NCBI GenBank assembly: GCA_965219445.1
Contig: CBDCNQ010000004.1
Location: 736,001-800,000, forward strand
Direction: 5' to 3'
Source of the DNA: Longimicrobiales bacterium
GTDB taxonomy: Bacteria > Gemmatimonadota > Gemmatimonadetes > Longimicrobiales > Gaopeijiaceae
DNA: 64,000 nt
Part shown: positions 42,340-51,589 of the stretch, piece after piece
Numbering within the stretch: position 1 is the first letter of the stretch
Layout: every line of letters starts with the position of its first letter
Program-made: the position numbers and the translations under genes
The notes under the pieces: generated by a model
Database searches by the model: none
The model's input: the letters and a program-made list of their open reading frames with translations, nothing else
Told to the model about the DNA's origin: nothing

Positions 42340-43302
42340 TCAGCTGATCCCGTCCCCCGTTTGATCCGGACGCACGATCTGATGCAATCGCTCGGGTTCC
42401 AGTTGGAACGTGACATGCCCGATGCCGTGCAGCCTCATCCGGTCGCGGATCTCATCCAGAACCCGCTCGTGATGCGTCGGGTCGTCCAAAACGCCGTGTC
42501 CGCTGAGGGCCACGAAACCGCTCGTGAGCGTCCACACGTGTAGATCGTGGACGTTGTGTACGTTGGGGATCGATTGCAGATCCTCGAGTACGCCCTCCAT
42601 GTCCACATGGGGCGGCACCATCTCGAGAAGCACACTGGTCGCCTCCTTCACCAAACGCCAGGCACCCAGAAGGATCAGGCCGGCAATGACGACGGAGACG
42701 ATCGCGTCGATGGGAGTCCAACCCGTCAGGAGGATCAGCGCACCCGCCGCAAGGGCGCCTAGCGACCCGAGCAGATCTCCCAACACATGCAGGTAGGCGC
42801 CCCGCATGTTCAGGTTCTCGTCGGCGTGCGTGTGGAGCAGTCCGGCTCCGACCACGTTGACGATCAAGCCCACCCCCGCCACCACCATCATGAGTGGCCC
42901 ATCGACCTCCTGTGGGGCACCGAGCCGTCGCCAGGCCTCCCAGACGATCCATCCGCTGATGACAAGGAGCGTCGCCCCGTTTACCAGCGCCGCCAGGATC
43001 TCCATGCGGACATATCCGAACGTACGCTCGAAGCTGGGCGGGCGGAGCGCCAGCCGCATCGCGATCAAGGAAAGGGCCAAGGCGCCCACATCGGCGAGCA
43101 TGTGCCCCGAGTCGGCCAGAAGCGCCAATGAGTTAGCGAGAAGGCCACCGACCACCTCCGCCACCATGAATGCCGCCGTGAGGCCCAACACGATCCAAAG
43201 ACGTTTCGATTGGGGACCTCGCTCTAGCGCATCACCCGCATTCGGAGGCCCGTGCGTGTGGACCAGGCCCTGACCCACTAGTGATCCGTGTGGGTGCGCC
43301 AT
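42340..43302 (-). CDS. Cation diffusion facilitator (CzcD/ZitB-like)
   Basis: SLALLADSGHMLAD, TFGYVRMEILAA, NLNMRGAYLHVLGD, HDLHVW. Confidence 0.92.
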   Translation of the reverse strand: MAHPHGSLVGQGLVHTHGPPNAGDALERGPQSKRLWIVLGLTAAFMVAEVVGGLLANSLALLADSGHMLADVGALALSLIAMRLALRPPSFERTFGYVRMEILAALVNGATLLVISGWIVWEAWRRLGAPQEVDGPLMMVVAGVGLIVNVVGAGLLHTHADENLNMRGAYLHVLGDLLGSLGALAAGALILLTGWTPIDAIVSVVIAGLILLGAWRLVKEATSVLLEMVPPHVDMEGVLEDLQSIPNVHNVHDLHVWTLTSGFVALSGHGVLDDPTHHERVLDEIRDRMRLHGIGHVTFQLEPERLHQIVRPDQTGDGIS

Positions 43303-43305
43303 CGG

Positions 43306-44727
43306 TCAGGCGTCCCCGGCCCGGTGGTCGGGAGCCGGCGGCCGAGGTGGTGCCGGTTCCGGCTCTGGCTGTGGCTCTGGCTCCAGCTCCGGCCCTCGCT
43401 CTGGCTCCAGCTCCGGCCCTCGCTCTGGCTCCGCCTCTGGCTCTGGGAGCACCGGCACTGTAATCGCCCGCTTCAGCAATATGGGCCCTCCGAGGATGCT
43501 GCCGATGATCACCGCCATCCCGAGCGTCACGATGTCCGACCCAACGGCCGGGAACCTCTCCTCGATCAAGAGAACCAGCCCCAGGGTGACACCACCCTGA
43601 GAGATCAGACCCTGCCAGGTCTTCGCCCGAAGGTCCATACTCGCACCCGCGCGCTCCAGACCGATGAGCGCCCCCCGATGTGTGAGCCACGCCCGGCCCG
43701 AGAAGATAAGCAGAGCCGCCAGCCAGAACTCTCGGATCGCCCCCAACTCGAGTCGCGCACCCGCTACCGCGAAAAAGAATGCGAAGATCACTACGGAGAC
43801 GGACCGGATACCCCGGATCATGCGATCGCCCGCCAGGGAAAGATTCTCGATTACAAACCCGGCCGCCACGCCCATGAGCAGCAGCTCTACCTGAAGGCGC
43901 TCGGCAAGCACCACCATCACGTATGCGAAGAGGAACGTCGCCATGGGCGACCGCGAGCGATCTTGATCATCACCGAGATAGATCGAGAACACCCACCCCA
44001 GCCCAGCCCCCAGGACGAGCGCCCCTCCCACCTCCCGCCCCAACTCGACGAACGCGTGGCTGTCCAACTGTTCACCGGGGTTCAGGAGCGGTGCCACGAG
44101 GGCCATCGTGAGGGTGAACAGCACGATGACGACCACGTCCTTTACGATCGTGACCCCCAAGACCACGTCGGCGAGCGGACCCGACGCGTGCGTCTCCTCG
44201 ATGACCGCAACCGTGAGATCGGGTGAGGAGTTCGCGGCCCAGATCCCAAGGATCAGCGCAACGGCCAGAGTCCCCGGAAGTGGAAGCGCGGACAGGAACG
44301 GTACTCCAGGGCTGATCACCAGAATGAGCGCGGTCATTCCGCCCCAAACCACTGCGGTCACCGCCAACGTGACATACAGGATGTTCCGTGCTTGGGGCCT
44401 GAGGTGGGAGAGCTTCAACTCCCCGCCCGCCATGAGAGCGATCAGCGCGAGCGCGAAGCTGTCGATCAGGGCCAACTCCTCGACCGCCTCGACAGAAACC
44501 AAGCCTGAGACGGATGGCCCGGCAAGAATCCCTACGATCAGGTACCCCGTGAGGCGCGGCAGCCCCGCCGAGGCGGCCAGGCTTCCCGTGACGTTGGCGA
44601 TCAGGAGGATGAAGCCAATGAGAACCGCCACCTCGGCACCCGGGAACGCAGGAGTTCTGGCCGACATGGCGACGTATGTGATCCCGAACAGGAGGATCAA
44701 AGTCAGGATGAGGCCGATGATTCTCAA
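43306..44727 (-). CDS. Cation:proton antiporter (CPA2-like) with a Pro/Glu-rich tail
   Basis: Multi-TM; LPRLTGYLIVGILAGP, GGEL, TIVKD, QGGVTLGL. Confidence 0.8.
   Translation of the reverse strand: MRIIGLILTLILLFGITYVAMSARTPAFPGAEVAVLIGFILLIANVTGSLAASAGLPRLTGYLIVGILAGPSVSGLVSVEAVEELALIDSFALALIALMAGGELKLSHLRPQARNILYVTLAVTAVVWGGMTALILVISPGVPFLSALPLPGTLAVALILGIWAANSSPDLTVAVIEETHASGPLADVVLGVTIVKDVVVIVLFTLTMALVAPLLNPGEQLDSHAFVELGREVGGALVLGAGLGWVFSIYLGDDQDRSRSPMATFLFAYVMVVLAERLQVELLLMGVAAGFVIENLSLAGDRMIRGIRSVSVVIFAFFFAVAGARLELGAIREFWLAALLIFSGRAWLTHRGALIGLERAGASMDLRAKTWQGLISQGGVTLGLVLLIEERFPAVGSDIVTLGMAVIIGSILGGPILLKRAITVPVLPEPEAEPERGPELEPERGPELEPEPQPEPEPAPPRPPAPDHRAGDA
43375..43432. repeat. 24-bp tandem repeat, about 2.4 copies, in the antiporter tail
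   Basis: CTCTGGCTCCAGCTCCGGCCCTCG x2 plus a partial copy. Confidence 0.85.
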
Positions 44728-44894
44728 ACCGTCTCTGCCACCGTCTGGAGTGATCGAGGGGTACCCCGGGCGAGGGGTTGCGCTTGGCCGCCACTGCCGC
44801 TCTCGTGTCGGTCAACCTATCCAGGAAGCGACGCGAGTGCAGCCATCGCACCCATGATGCCCTTCACCCGCGTGCACGTTGGAGCCTTGGACGC

Positions 44895-46124
44895 ATGAAT
44901 CACCGTACCACCGCCCTGGGGCTGATCCTGGGCCTCGCGCTCGGACTCCTCGCCAGCGCCACGGACATCGGTCTGGTCGACCGCCTGGCTGCCGGCGTAG
45001 CGCCGCTGGGCACCCTCTTCATCAACGCCATCAGAATGGTGGTCATCCCGCTTGTGGTGACGACGATTTTCGTCGGTGTCGCCCGCATCGGGAATCCGAG
45101 GGCGGTGGGAAAGCTCGGGGGATCCGCGTTCGGCTTCTTCTGGGGAACGACCCTCCCCGCCATCGTGATCGGCATGGGGTTCATGACGATCGCGATGGCC
45201 ATCTGGCCCGTGGCCGTCGAGGTACCGACGACGGTGGAGGGTCCACAGGAGCTCCCCGGGCTCCTCGACCTCGTACTGAGCTTGATCCCGGCCAACCCGT
45301 TCGCCGCCGCGGCGGACGGAGCCCTGCTCCCGCTGATCGTATTCACGCTCCTCATGGCGGCGGCAGCCGGAGCCGTGGAAGAGGAACGTCGCCACCGGCT
45401 GATCGCTCTCGCCGAAGACTTCAGCGCGGTATTCATCCGCCTCGTCCACTGGATTCTGTGGACCGCGCCCGCCGGTGTGTTCGGACTCGCAGCGCCGGTC
45501 GTGGCACAGATGGGGCTCGGCTTGCTCGCTGGCCTGGCCGTGTTTGTGGGCACCGTGGTCGTCGGGCTGTTCGTGTTCATGGCGCTCCTCTACCTGCCGG
45601 CCGTGCGGTATGGGGGGAAAACGGGAGTGGGAGAGTTCGTTCGGGGAGTGACCGGCAGCTATGTGATCGGGTTCTCGACAACCAGCTCGGTGGCCTCCCT
45701 CCCGGTCATGTTCGAAGACGCCGAGGCACTGGGGGTGTCGCCGCCCGTGTCTTCGCTTGTCCTCTCTCTGGGGGCGGCCGTGAATCGGGCCGGGAGCGCA
45801 CTCTTCCAGGCCGGAGCCGTGGTGTTCCTCGCCACCCTCTACGGCGTGCCGCTCCCGTTCACGACTCTGGTGACTGCCGGATTCGTGGGCTTCGTGGTCG
45901 CCATGTCGGTGGCTCCGGTGCCCTCGGCAAGCATCGTGACGCTCGCCCCGATCCTCGAGGCCGCCGGCATACCCTTGGGTGGCCTGGGGCTCCTCCTCGG
46001 AATCGACCGGATTCCAGACATGTTTCGGAGCGCGACGAACGTCACCGGACACGTCGCCGCGGCCGTGACTGTCGAGGGGCTGGTGAAGACGGAGCCACAA
46101 GATGGGTTGAATAGGGTAGAATAG
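44895..46124 (+). CDS. Dicarboxylate/amino acid:cation symporter (DAACS)
   Basis: FINAIRMVVIPL, IPANPF, FSTTSSVASLP, IDRIPDMFRSATNVTG; ATG 44895. Confidence 0.9.
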   Translation: MNHRTTALGLILGLALGLLASATDIGLVDRLAAGVAPLGTLFINAIRMVVIPLVVTTIFVGVARIGNPRAVGKLGGSAFGFFWGTTLPAIVIGMGFMTIAMAIWPVAVEVPTTVEGPQELPGLLDLVLSLIPANPFAAAADGALLPLIVFTLLMAAAAGAVEEERRHRLIALAEDFSAVFIRLVHWILWTAPAGVFGLAAPVVAQMGLGLLAGLAVFVGTVVVGLFVFMALLYLPAVRYGGKTGVGEFVRGVTGSYVIGFSTTSSVASLPVMFEDAEALGVSPPVSSLVLSLGAAVNRAGSALFQAGAVVFLATLYGVPLPFTTLVTAGFVGFVVAMSVAPVPSASIVTLAPILEAAGIPLGGLGLLLGIDRIPDMFRSATNVTGHVAAAVTVEGLVKTEPQDGLNRVE

Positions 46125-46148
46125 TACCCTATATTCTACCATTCTACC
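46115..46148. promoter_or_regulatory. Inverted repeat upstream of vapB, candidate TA operator
   Basis: GGTAGAATA-N8-TATTCTACC plus an extra ATTCTACC direct copy. Confidence 0.65.
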
Positions 46149-46166
46149 TTCTCCGAAGGAAACGCC

Positions 46167-46421
46167 ATGTCGCTCAACATAAAGAACCCGGAGGCCCACC
46201 GTTTGGCTAAGGAACTGGCGGAGCACACGGGGGAGAGCCTGACCCAGGCGGTGACGATAGCGCTGCGGGAGCGGCTTTCCGACCTCCGAACACATGAGCA
46301 GCCGGGCGGCCTGGTGGCGGCCGTCGCCGAAATCCAGGAGTTCGTGGGAGCGCTCCCCGACCGCGATCGCCGATCCGCAGACGAGATTCTGGGATATGAC
46401 GACCACGGTCTGCCCAGCTAG
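46167..46421 (+). CDS. vapB: Type II antitoxin VapB (Rv0623-like)
   Basis: MSLNIKNPEAHRLAKELAEHTGESLTQAV..EILGYDDHGLP. Confidence 0.9.
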   Translation: MSLNIKNPEAHRLAKELAEHTGESLTQAVTIALRERLSDLRTHEQPGGLVAAVAEIQEFVGALPDRDRRSADEILGYDDHGLPS

Positions 46422-46433
46422 GAACCTGGAACC

Positions 46434-46829
46434 GTGGTCATAGACACGTCGGCCCTGGTGGCCATTCTCCTTTGTGAGCCAGAGGGGGACCGGCTCATCA
46501 CGGCAATCGTAGAGGCAGGGTCCCGTCTTGTAGGCACGCCCACACTGGTCGAGGCGGCTGCCGTGATGCATGCGCGGAAGGGGCCAGGTGGAGAGATCGC
46601 GCTCGATGCGCTGTTGGAGCGTCTCGATATCGGATTGTTGGCGCTTTCAACCGACGGGTCTAGGCTCGCGCGCCTGGGTTATGCCCGCTTCGGGAAGGGT
46701 GTCGGCTCGCCAGGTGTCCTGAACTACGGCGACTGTCTAGCGTACGGCGTGGCCATGGCGGCACGAGAGCCGCTCCTCTTCAAAGGAGACGATTTCGGGC
46801 AGACTGACGTGGGGGTGGCAGCTTACTGA
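46434..46829 (+). CDS. vapC: Type II toxin VapC (PIN domain)
   Basis: VIDTSALVAIL, LNYGDCLAY, PLLFKGDDF. Confidence 0.92.
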   Translation: MVIDTSALVAILLCEPEGDRLITAIVEAGSRLVGTPTLVEAAAVMHARKGPGGEIALDALLERLDIGLLALSTDGSRLARLGYARFGKGVGSPGVLNYGDCLAYGVAMAAREPLLFKGDDFGQTDVGVAAY

Positions 46830-46857
46830 GGGATTGTTCGTCGTCTGGCAGCAGCCG

Positions 46858-47361
46858 TCAGCCCGTCGTGCTAATCGGTGCCCCCTTGGTCACGGCCATC
46901 GCCCCGCTCCGTGCCAACGTCTCCATCTCGGCGAGCTCGGCGACCTCCGCCATAAAGCGGTCGATCTCTGTCCCTCCACTGATCAATTCGACCGTGAAGT
47001 GCCCGCCGGAGTCATCCAGAACCCGGCCACCGAAGACCTCTACGATGTCCGCCAGCCGCTCCTCCTCCGGTCCACCCTTCGGCAGGCGCAGCTTGAACAG
47101 CGCCAGCTCTCGCTCGATGTGATCCGTACCGGTCATGTCGACGATGTTGACCACGTCCACCAGCTTGCCGAGATGTTTCGAGATCTGTTCGATGACAGCG
47201 TCCGAGCCGGTCGAAACAACCGTCAGTCGCGAAACGGTCTCGTCGTCGGTGGGCGCCACGTTCAGGCTCTCGATGTTGAAGCCCCGTGTCGAGAACAGGT
47301 TGGTGACGCGAGAGAGCGCTCCCGCCTCGTTCTGTAACAACACCGATATGATATGCCGCAT
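46858..47361 (-). CDS. ilvN: Acetolactate synthase small (regulatory) subunit
   Basis: MRHIISVLLQNEAGALSRVTNLFSTRGFNIESL, IERELAL; ATG 47361. Confidence 0.92.
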   Translation of the reverse strand: MRHIISVLLQNEAGALSRVTNLFSTRGFNIESLNVAPTDDETVSRLTVVSTGSDAVIEQISKHLGKLVDVVNIVDMTGTDHIERELALFKLRLPKGGPEEERLADIVEVFGGRVLDDSGGHFTVELISGGTEIDRFMAEVAELAEMETLARSGAMAVTKGAPISTTG

Positions 47362-47537
47362 CTGAAGACGCCTAAGCGATATTAGTGTTCTGAGTGGAAG
47401 GGTATGGCGCGCGTCAGGCAACTTTCGCTGGGAACGGCTCCTCTTGCAATACGCGGCGCGTGATCCACCTTCCTGATACGACAAGGCAGACCTTCCGATC
47501 CCCAGAAGTTCGCGAGCCACCGAGACTAAATTCAAAG

Positions 47538-49382
47538 ATGGACGTGGAAACTAAAGCGAAGCCGGCACACGCCCTGGCGGGCACGGTCATGAGCGGCGCC
47601 GAGATCATCATGCAGGTGCTCGCCGACGAGGGCGTGCGGACGATCTTCGGCTACAGCGGAGGAGCGATCCTACCGACATACGACGCCGTGTTCCGGTACA
47701 ACGAGGCGCACTCAGAGGACGGCAAGGAGCCGATACCGCTCATCGTCCCGGCCAATGAACAGGGCGCCGGCTTCATGGCGGCCGGGTACGCACGCGCCAG
47801 CGGAGGGGTCGGAGTCGCCATCGTCACCTCCGGTCCAGGGGCCACCAACTGCGTGACGCCGGTGCGGGATTGCATGGCCGACTCCATTCCGATCGTGGTC
47901 ATCTGTGGGCAGGTTCCGAGGGCGGCCATCGGCACGGACGCGTTCCAGGAAGCGCCTGTCACAGCCGTCATGGGGTCGGTGGCCAAGCATGTCTTCCTGG
48001 TCACGGACCCCGAGGTTCTCGAGTCCACCGTCCGCACTGCCTTCGAGATCGCAAGGACCGGTAGGCCCGGCCCGGTCGTGGTGGACATCCCCAAGGACGT
48101 GCAGAACTGGGAGGGGCCGTTCGAGGGTGAGGGAGTTCTATCGGTCCCCGGTTATCGCCGCCGGCTGAACTCCGTAGAGTCCAGCACGCTGGACCAGGGC
48201 CAATGCGCGGAGTTTTTCTCCATGCTGGCCGAAAGCAAGCGCCCACTCATCTACGCCGGCGGCGGGGTGATCAATGGCAACGCGGCAGAGGAGTTGCGCC
48301 TGTTCTCGCGAACGTTCGCTATTCCCGGTGTCACCACGCTCATGGGACTCGGAGGCCTCGATACCACGGATCCGTTGTGCCTCCACATGTTGGGAATGCA
48401 CGGCACAGCGCAGGCGAATTACGCCGTCGACGACTGTGACCTACTCATCGCCGTCGGCGCGCGCTTCGATGATCGCGTCGCGGGAGATCCGCCGAAATTC
48501 GCGACCAACGCACGCCGCGTACTTCACTTCGACATCGACCCCGCGGAGATCCACAAGGTCAAGCACGCCGACTGGCATCACGTCGGCATTCTCACAGACG
48601 CCCTGGATACCTTGATCGAGTACGGGCGCAGGACCGACTTCAAGGGGGACTATTCGGGTTGGCACGCCGAAGTCGAGGAACTCAAGACCACGTACGCTCT
48701 CAACTACGACAGGGAGAGCGACCTCATCCAGCCCCACTACATCATCGAAACGATGAACCGCATCACTCAGGGTGAGGCGATCATCTCGACGGGAGTCGGC
48801 CAGCACCAGATGTGGGCCGCTCAGTATTGTGACTTCCGGGAGCCGCGCCTTTGGCTCACGTCCGGAAGCATGGGCACGATGGGATTCGGTTTGCCTGCCG
48901 CCATCGGCGCGCAGTTCGCTCGCCCGGATAAGCTCGTCATCGACGTGGACGGCGACGCGAGCATCCGAATGAACCTCGGGGAGTTCGAAACCGTCACCAC
49001 CTACGAGCTGCCGATCAAGATCATCGTGCTGAACAACTTCGGTGACGGGATGGTCATGCAGTGGCAGCGACTCTTCTTCAAGGGTCGACTCTCGGCGAGC
49101 GACAAGTCGCTGAGGAAGAAGAATTTCGTGAAGTCGGTGGAGGCCGATGGTTTCGAATTTGCAAAGCGCCTCGACCGTAAAGAGGACGTGCCCGCCGTCC
49201 TGGAGGAATTCCTGAGCTTCGGCGGCCCGGCCTTCCTCGAGGTCATCATCGACCCCGAAGCCCACGTCTATCCCATGGTGGGGCCCGGCCTCTCGTACCG
49301 GGACATGATCACCGGGGAGTTCATCCCAAACCGCTACGACACCGAGGACGCGCACGAGCCGGATCCGTCGGAGATGTTCTAG
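47538..49382 (+). CDS. ilvB: Acetolactate synthase large subunit
   Basis: FGYSGGAILP, TSGPGATN, GTDAFQE, GVGQHQMW, GTMGFGLPAA; start 47538 or a later Met. Confidence 0.93.
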   Translation: MDVETKAKPAHALAGTVMSGAEIIMQVLADEGVRTIFGYSGGAILPTYDAVFRYNEAHSEDGKEPIPLIVPANEQGAGFMAAGYARASGGVGVAIVTSGPGATNCVTPVRDCMADSIPIVVICGQVPRAAIGTDAFQEAPVTAVMGSVAKHVFLVTDPEVLESTVRTAFEIARTGRPGPVVVDIPKDVQNWEGPFEGEGVLSVPGYRRRLNSVESSTLDQGQCAEFFSMLAESKRPLIYAGGGVINGNAAEELRLFSRTFAIPGVTTLMGLGGLDTTDPLCLHMLGMHGTAQANYAVDDCDLLIAVGARFDDRVAGDPPKFATNARRVLHFDIDPAEIHKVKHADWHHVGILTDALDTLIEYGRRTDFKGDYSGWHAEVEELKTTYALNYDRESDLIQPHYIIETMNRITQGEAIISTGVGQHQMWAAQYCDFREPRLWLTSGSMGTMGFGLPAAIGAQFARPDKLVIDVDGDASIRMNLGEFETVTTYELPIKIIVLNNFGDGMVMQWQRLFFKGRLSASDKSLRKKNFVKSVEADGFEFAKRLDRKEDVPAVLEEFLSFGGPAFLEVIIDPEAHVYPMVGPGLSYRDMITGEFIPNRYDTEDAHEPDPSEMF

Positions 49383-49412
49383 GACGGGGACTTGCCGGCA
49401 CGCCCTCGGCCT

Positions 49413-49856
49413 TCAGCCGGCTATGATGGCGGCCGCGAACCAGGCGAGGAGGCCGTAGCGCGAGATCGTCCCGACGAGCCCTGCGAGCGCGAAAAGCGCG
49501 AAGGGCACGCGAAGCATGCCACAGGCCAACGTGACCAGGTAGAAGGGTGGAAGTGCGATGGCGGAGCCCGAGAAGACGGCCAGGACGAGGAGGCCTCGGC
49601 GCTCGCGGAACGCCTCGACCCTGGAGGCGAGCTGGCGCGCCCGAGCGGGCATCCGCTCCGGCACCCAACGGGTCACCCCGTAGAGAACGGCCTTCGCCGA
49701 CATCTGGGTGGCGGCGCACGCCAACACCAGTGCCGGAAGTCCGCTCTGTGGTGTCAGGAGTGCGGCTCCGGCGATAACGACTTCGCCATTTATCCACGGA
49801 AAAATCCCCCCGAGAGCGACCGTGGCCGCCGCTCCGATAAGTACGCTGGCGTCCAT
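49413..49856 (-). CDS. VTT/SNARE-associated (DedA-like) small membrane protein
   Basis: Hydrophobic; LPPFYLVTLACG..GTISRY; ATG overlaps the upstream TGA. Confidence 0.6.
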   Translation of the reverse strand: MDASVLIGAAATVALGGIFPWINGEVVIAGAALLTPQSGLPALVLACAATQMSAKAVLYGVTRWVPERMPARARQLASRVEAFRERRGLLVLAVFSGSAIALPPFYLVTLACGMLRVPFALFALAGLVGTISRYGLLAWFAAAIIAG

Positions 49857-50563
49857 CAGGCACCTCCTTCGGCTATCCGGTGCATGGGAGGCCACGCGAC
49901 TACACGCTCACGCGCAGTGATGACGCAAAGACGACATCCGCGCACTATCAGCCAGAAGCTCAAGCCCATCAGGAGGTGAGCGATGTCGATGTGGTTGAGC
50001 CAGGGCCCGATGGAGAGCCGTCCTACGTAAACGGCAGCCGTCAGTATGGAGAGGGAAAGCCCACCCGCGATCCAACTAGATCCGGGGTGTCCTCGGCGAA
50101 GCGCCAACGTCTCTACGCCGATCACCGGCAGTAGGCCGGCCGCCGTGTTCACCACCAGCAGGAGTATCTCCGGACCCAACACGACATTGCCAGCCAAGAA
50201 CACGCAGAGTTGGATCTGCAATAGCCGCTCGAAGCGGTGTCTGAGGTGCTCCGGCGCATGGGCGACCGCGGTCGCACTTTGGGCATAGTACGTGGAGATA
50301 CCGCTGGTGAGGTTCGATACCCAAAGCGCCAGTAGCAGGCCGGTCTCCGACAGCTCGTGCTGGAAGCCGTGCTTGAGAACCCCGACCATCGTCGCGATCG
50401 CCATCATCGCGAAGAACCCACCCCATAGCCTCGAGCGCGCCCCCGCCCCTACCCTGAGACTGCGGAAGTAGAGGGCGCACTGCACCGCGAGTGCGAGATT
50501 CGTTCCCGCCGTGACAGGAGCCCGAATCACGAATCCACCGATTTCGATCCAAGTCGTCTCCAT
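49856..50563 (-). CDS. Multi-TM membrane protein (DUF6962-like)
   Basis: PVTAGTN, KHGF, LNHIDIAH motifs; about 7 TM. Confidence 0.6.
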   Translation of the reverse strand: METTWIEIGGFVIRAPVTAGTNLALAVQCALYFRSLRVGAGARSRLWGGFFAMMAIATMVGVLKHGFQHELSETGLLLALWVSNLTSGISTYYAQSATAVAHAPEHLRHRFERLLQIQLCVFLAGNVVLGPEILLLVVNTAAGLLPVIGVETLALRRGHPGSSWIAGGLSLSILTAAVYVGRLSIGPWLNHIDIAHLLMGLSFWLIVRGCRLCVITARERVVAWPPMHRIAEGGA

Positions 50564-50566
50564 GGG

Positions 50567-51589
50567 TCATTCCTCCAGGGAGCGCGAGGATGAGCGTGCG
50601 GACTTCCAGAAGCGGAACGCCTCGGTGAGGCCGATGTCTGGCACGATCGAGGGGGACCAGCCGAGCTCGTTTCGAGCCCGATCGGACGTGAAGGGATTGT
50701 CCTTCGTGAGCATGTTGAGGGTGCCGGTGGCGTGACGTGCCAAGTCACTCCGACCGATGGCCTTCAGAAACCCCTGGAGGGCTACGAAACCGGCACGCCC
50801 GATCGGCATCGGCACGGCCGGCGCATAGATTCGCCTTCCAAGGCCCGCCTGTGCGCAGCGGATCAGGTCTGTGACGGTGACCGGGAAGTCGTTCGCCAGG
50901 AGGAACGCCTTCCCCCCGGCGTTTTCCGTCGTCGCCGCGAGTATTGCCCCCTCTGCCACGTGCCGAGCGTGGACGAGAGCAAGCGTCGTGCGCCCGCCCC
51001 TGATCCGGGGAAAAAGACCGCCCTCGAGCACCGGCGCCACCCGCGGCGCAAACTGCCGGTCCCGACAGCCGTACATGACTGGAGGACGGACGACCGCCCC
51101 CCAGGCACGTCCCGTCCGATGAGCGTCGAGGACGACCGCCTCGGCCTCCTGTTTGGAGCGCCCGTACACGTCGTAGGCGGGCAGCTCAGGAAGCGGGACA
51201 CGTTCGTCCGTGGGCTTGTCGTTGTACCGAGCGGTGCCGTAGACCGCGGTGCTGCTCACGTGCACGAGCCGGGCACCGGCCCCCGATGCCGCCTCGACGA
51301 CACTCCGCGTTCCTTCGACGTTCCCACGCCGGTACTCCTCCCAATCGCCACCCGCTCCCATGGCTGCGGCGGCGTGGAAGACGGCATCGCACGATTCGGC
51401 GGCCACCGTCAACGAGTCGACGTTCTCCAGAGAGCCGTCGACAAGCTCTGCACCGACCTCTTCGAGCCAAGCTCCCCGTTCGCGAGACCTTACCAATGCC
51501 CGCACCGACCAACCATCTTCTAGCAGACGTTCCGTGATGTACGAACCGAGCATCCCCGTAGCACCCGTGACCAGCGCCCGGCCGGTCAT
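50567..51589 (-). CDS. NAD-dependent epimerase/dehydratase (3-beta-HSD-like extended SDR)
   Basis: TGATGMLG, VFHAAA, HVSSTAVYG, YGRSK; ATG 51589 overlaps the upstream stop. Confidence 0.88.
   Translation of the reverse strand: MTGRALVTGATGMLGSYITERLLEDGWSVRALVRSRERGAWLEEVGAELVDGSLENVDSLTVAAESCDAVFHAAAAMGAGGDWEEYRRGNVEGTRSVVEAASGAGARLVHVSSTAVYGTARYNDKPTDERVPLPELPAYDVYGRSKQEAEAVVLDAHRTGRAWGAVVRPPVMYGCRDRQFAPRVAPVLEGGLFPRIRGGRTTLALVHARHVAEGAILAATTENAGGKAFLLANDFPVTVTDLIRCAQAGLGRRIYAPAVPMPIGRAGFVALQGFLKAIGRSDLARHATGTLNMLTKDNPFTSDRARNELGWSPSIVPDIGLTEAFRFWKSARSSSRSLEE

Noticed and set aside
44817..46571. Long antisense ORFs (also 38179-39729, 58995-60458, 48441-49355, 28125-28571)
   Set aside because: Shadow frames of well-supported genes on the opposite strand, expected in high-GC DNA
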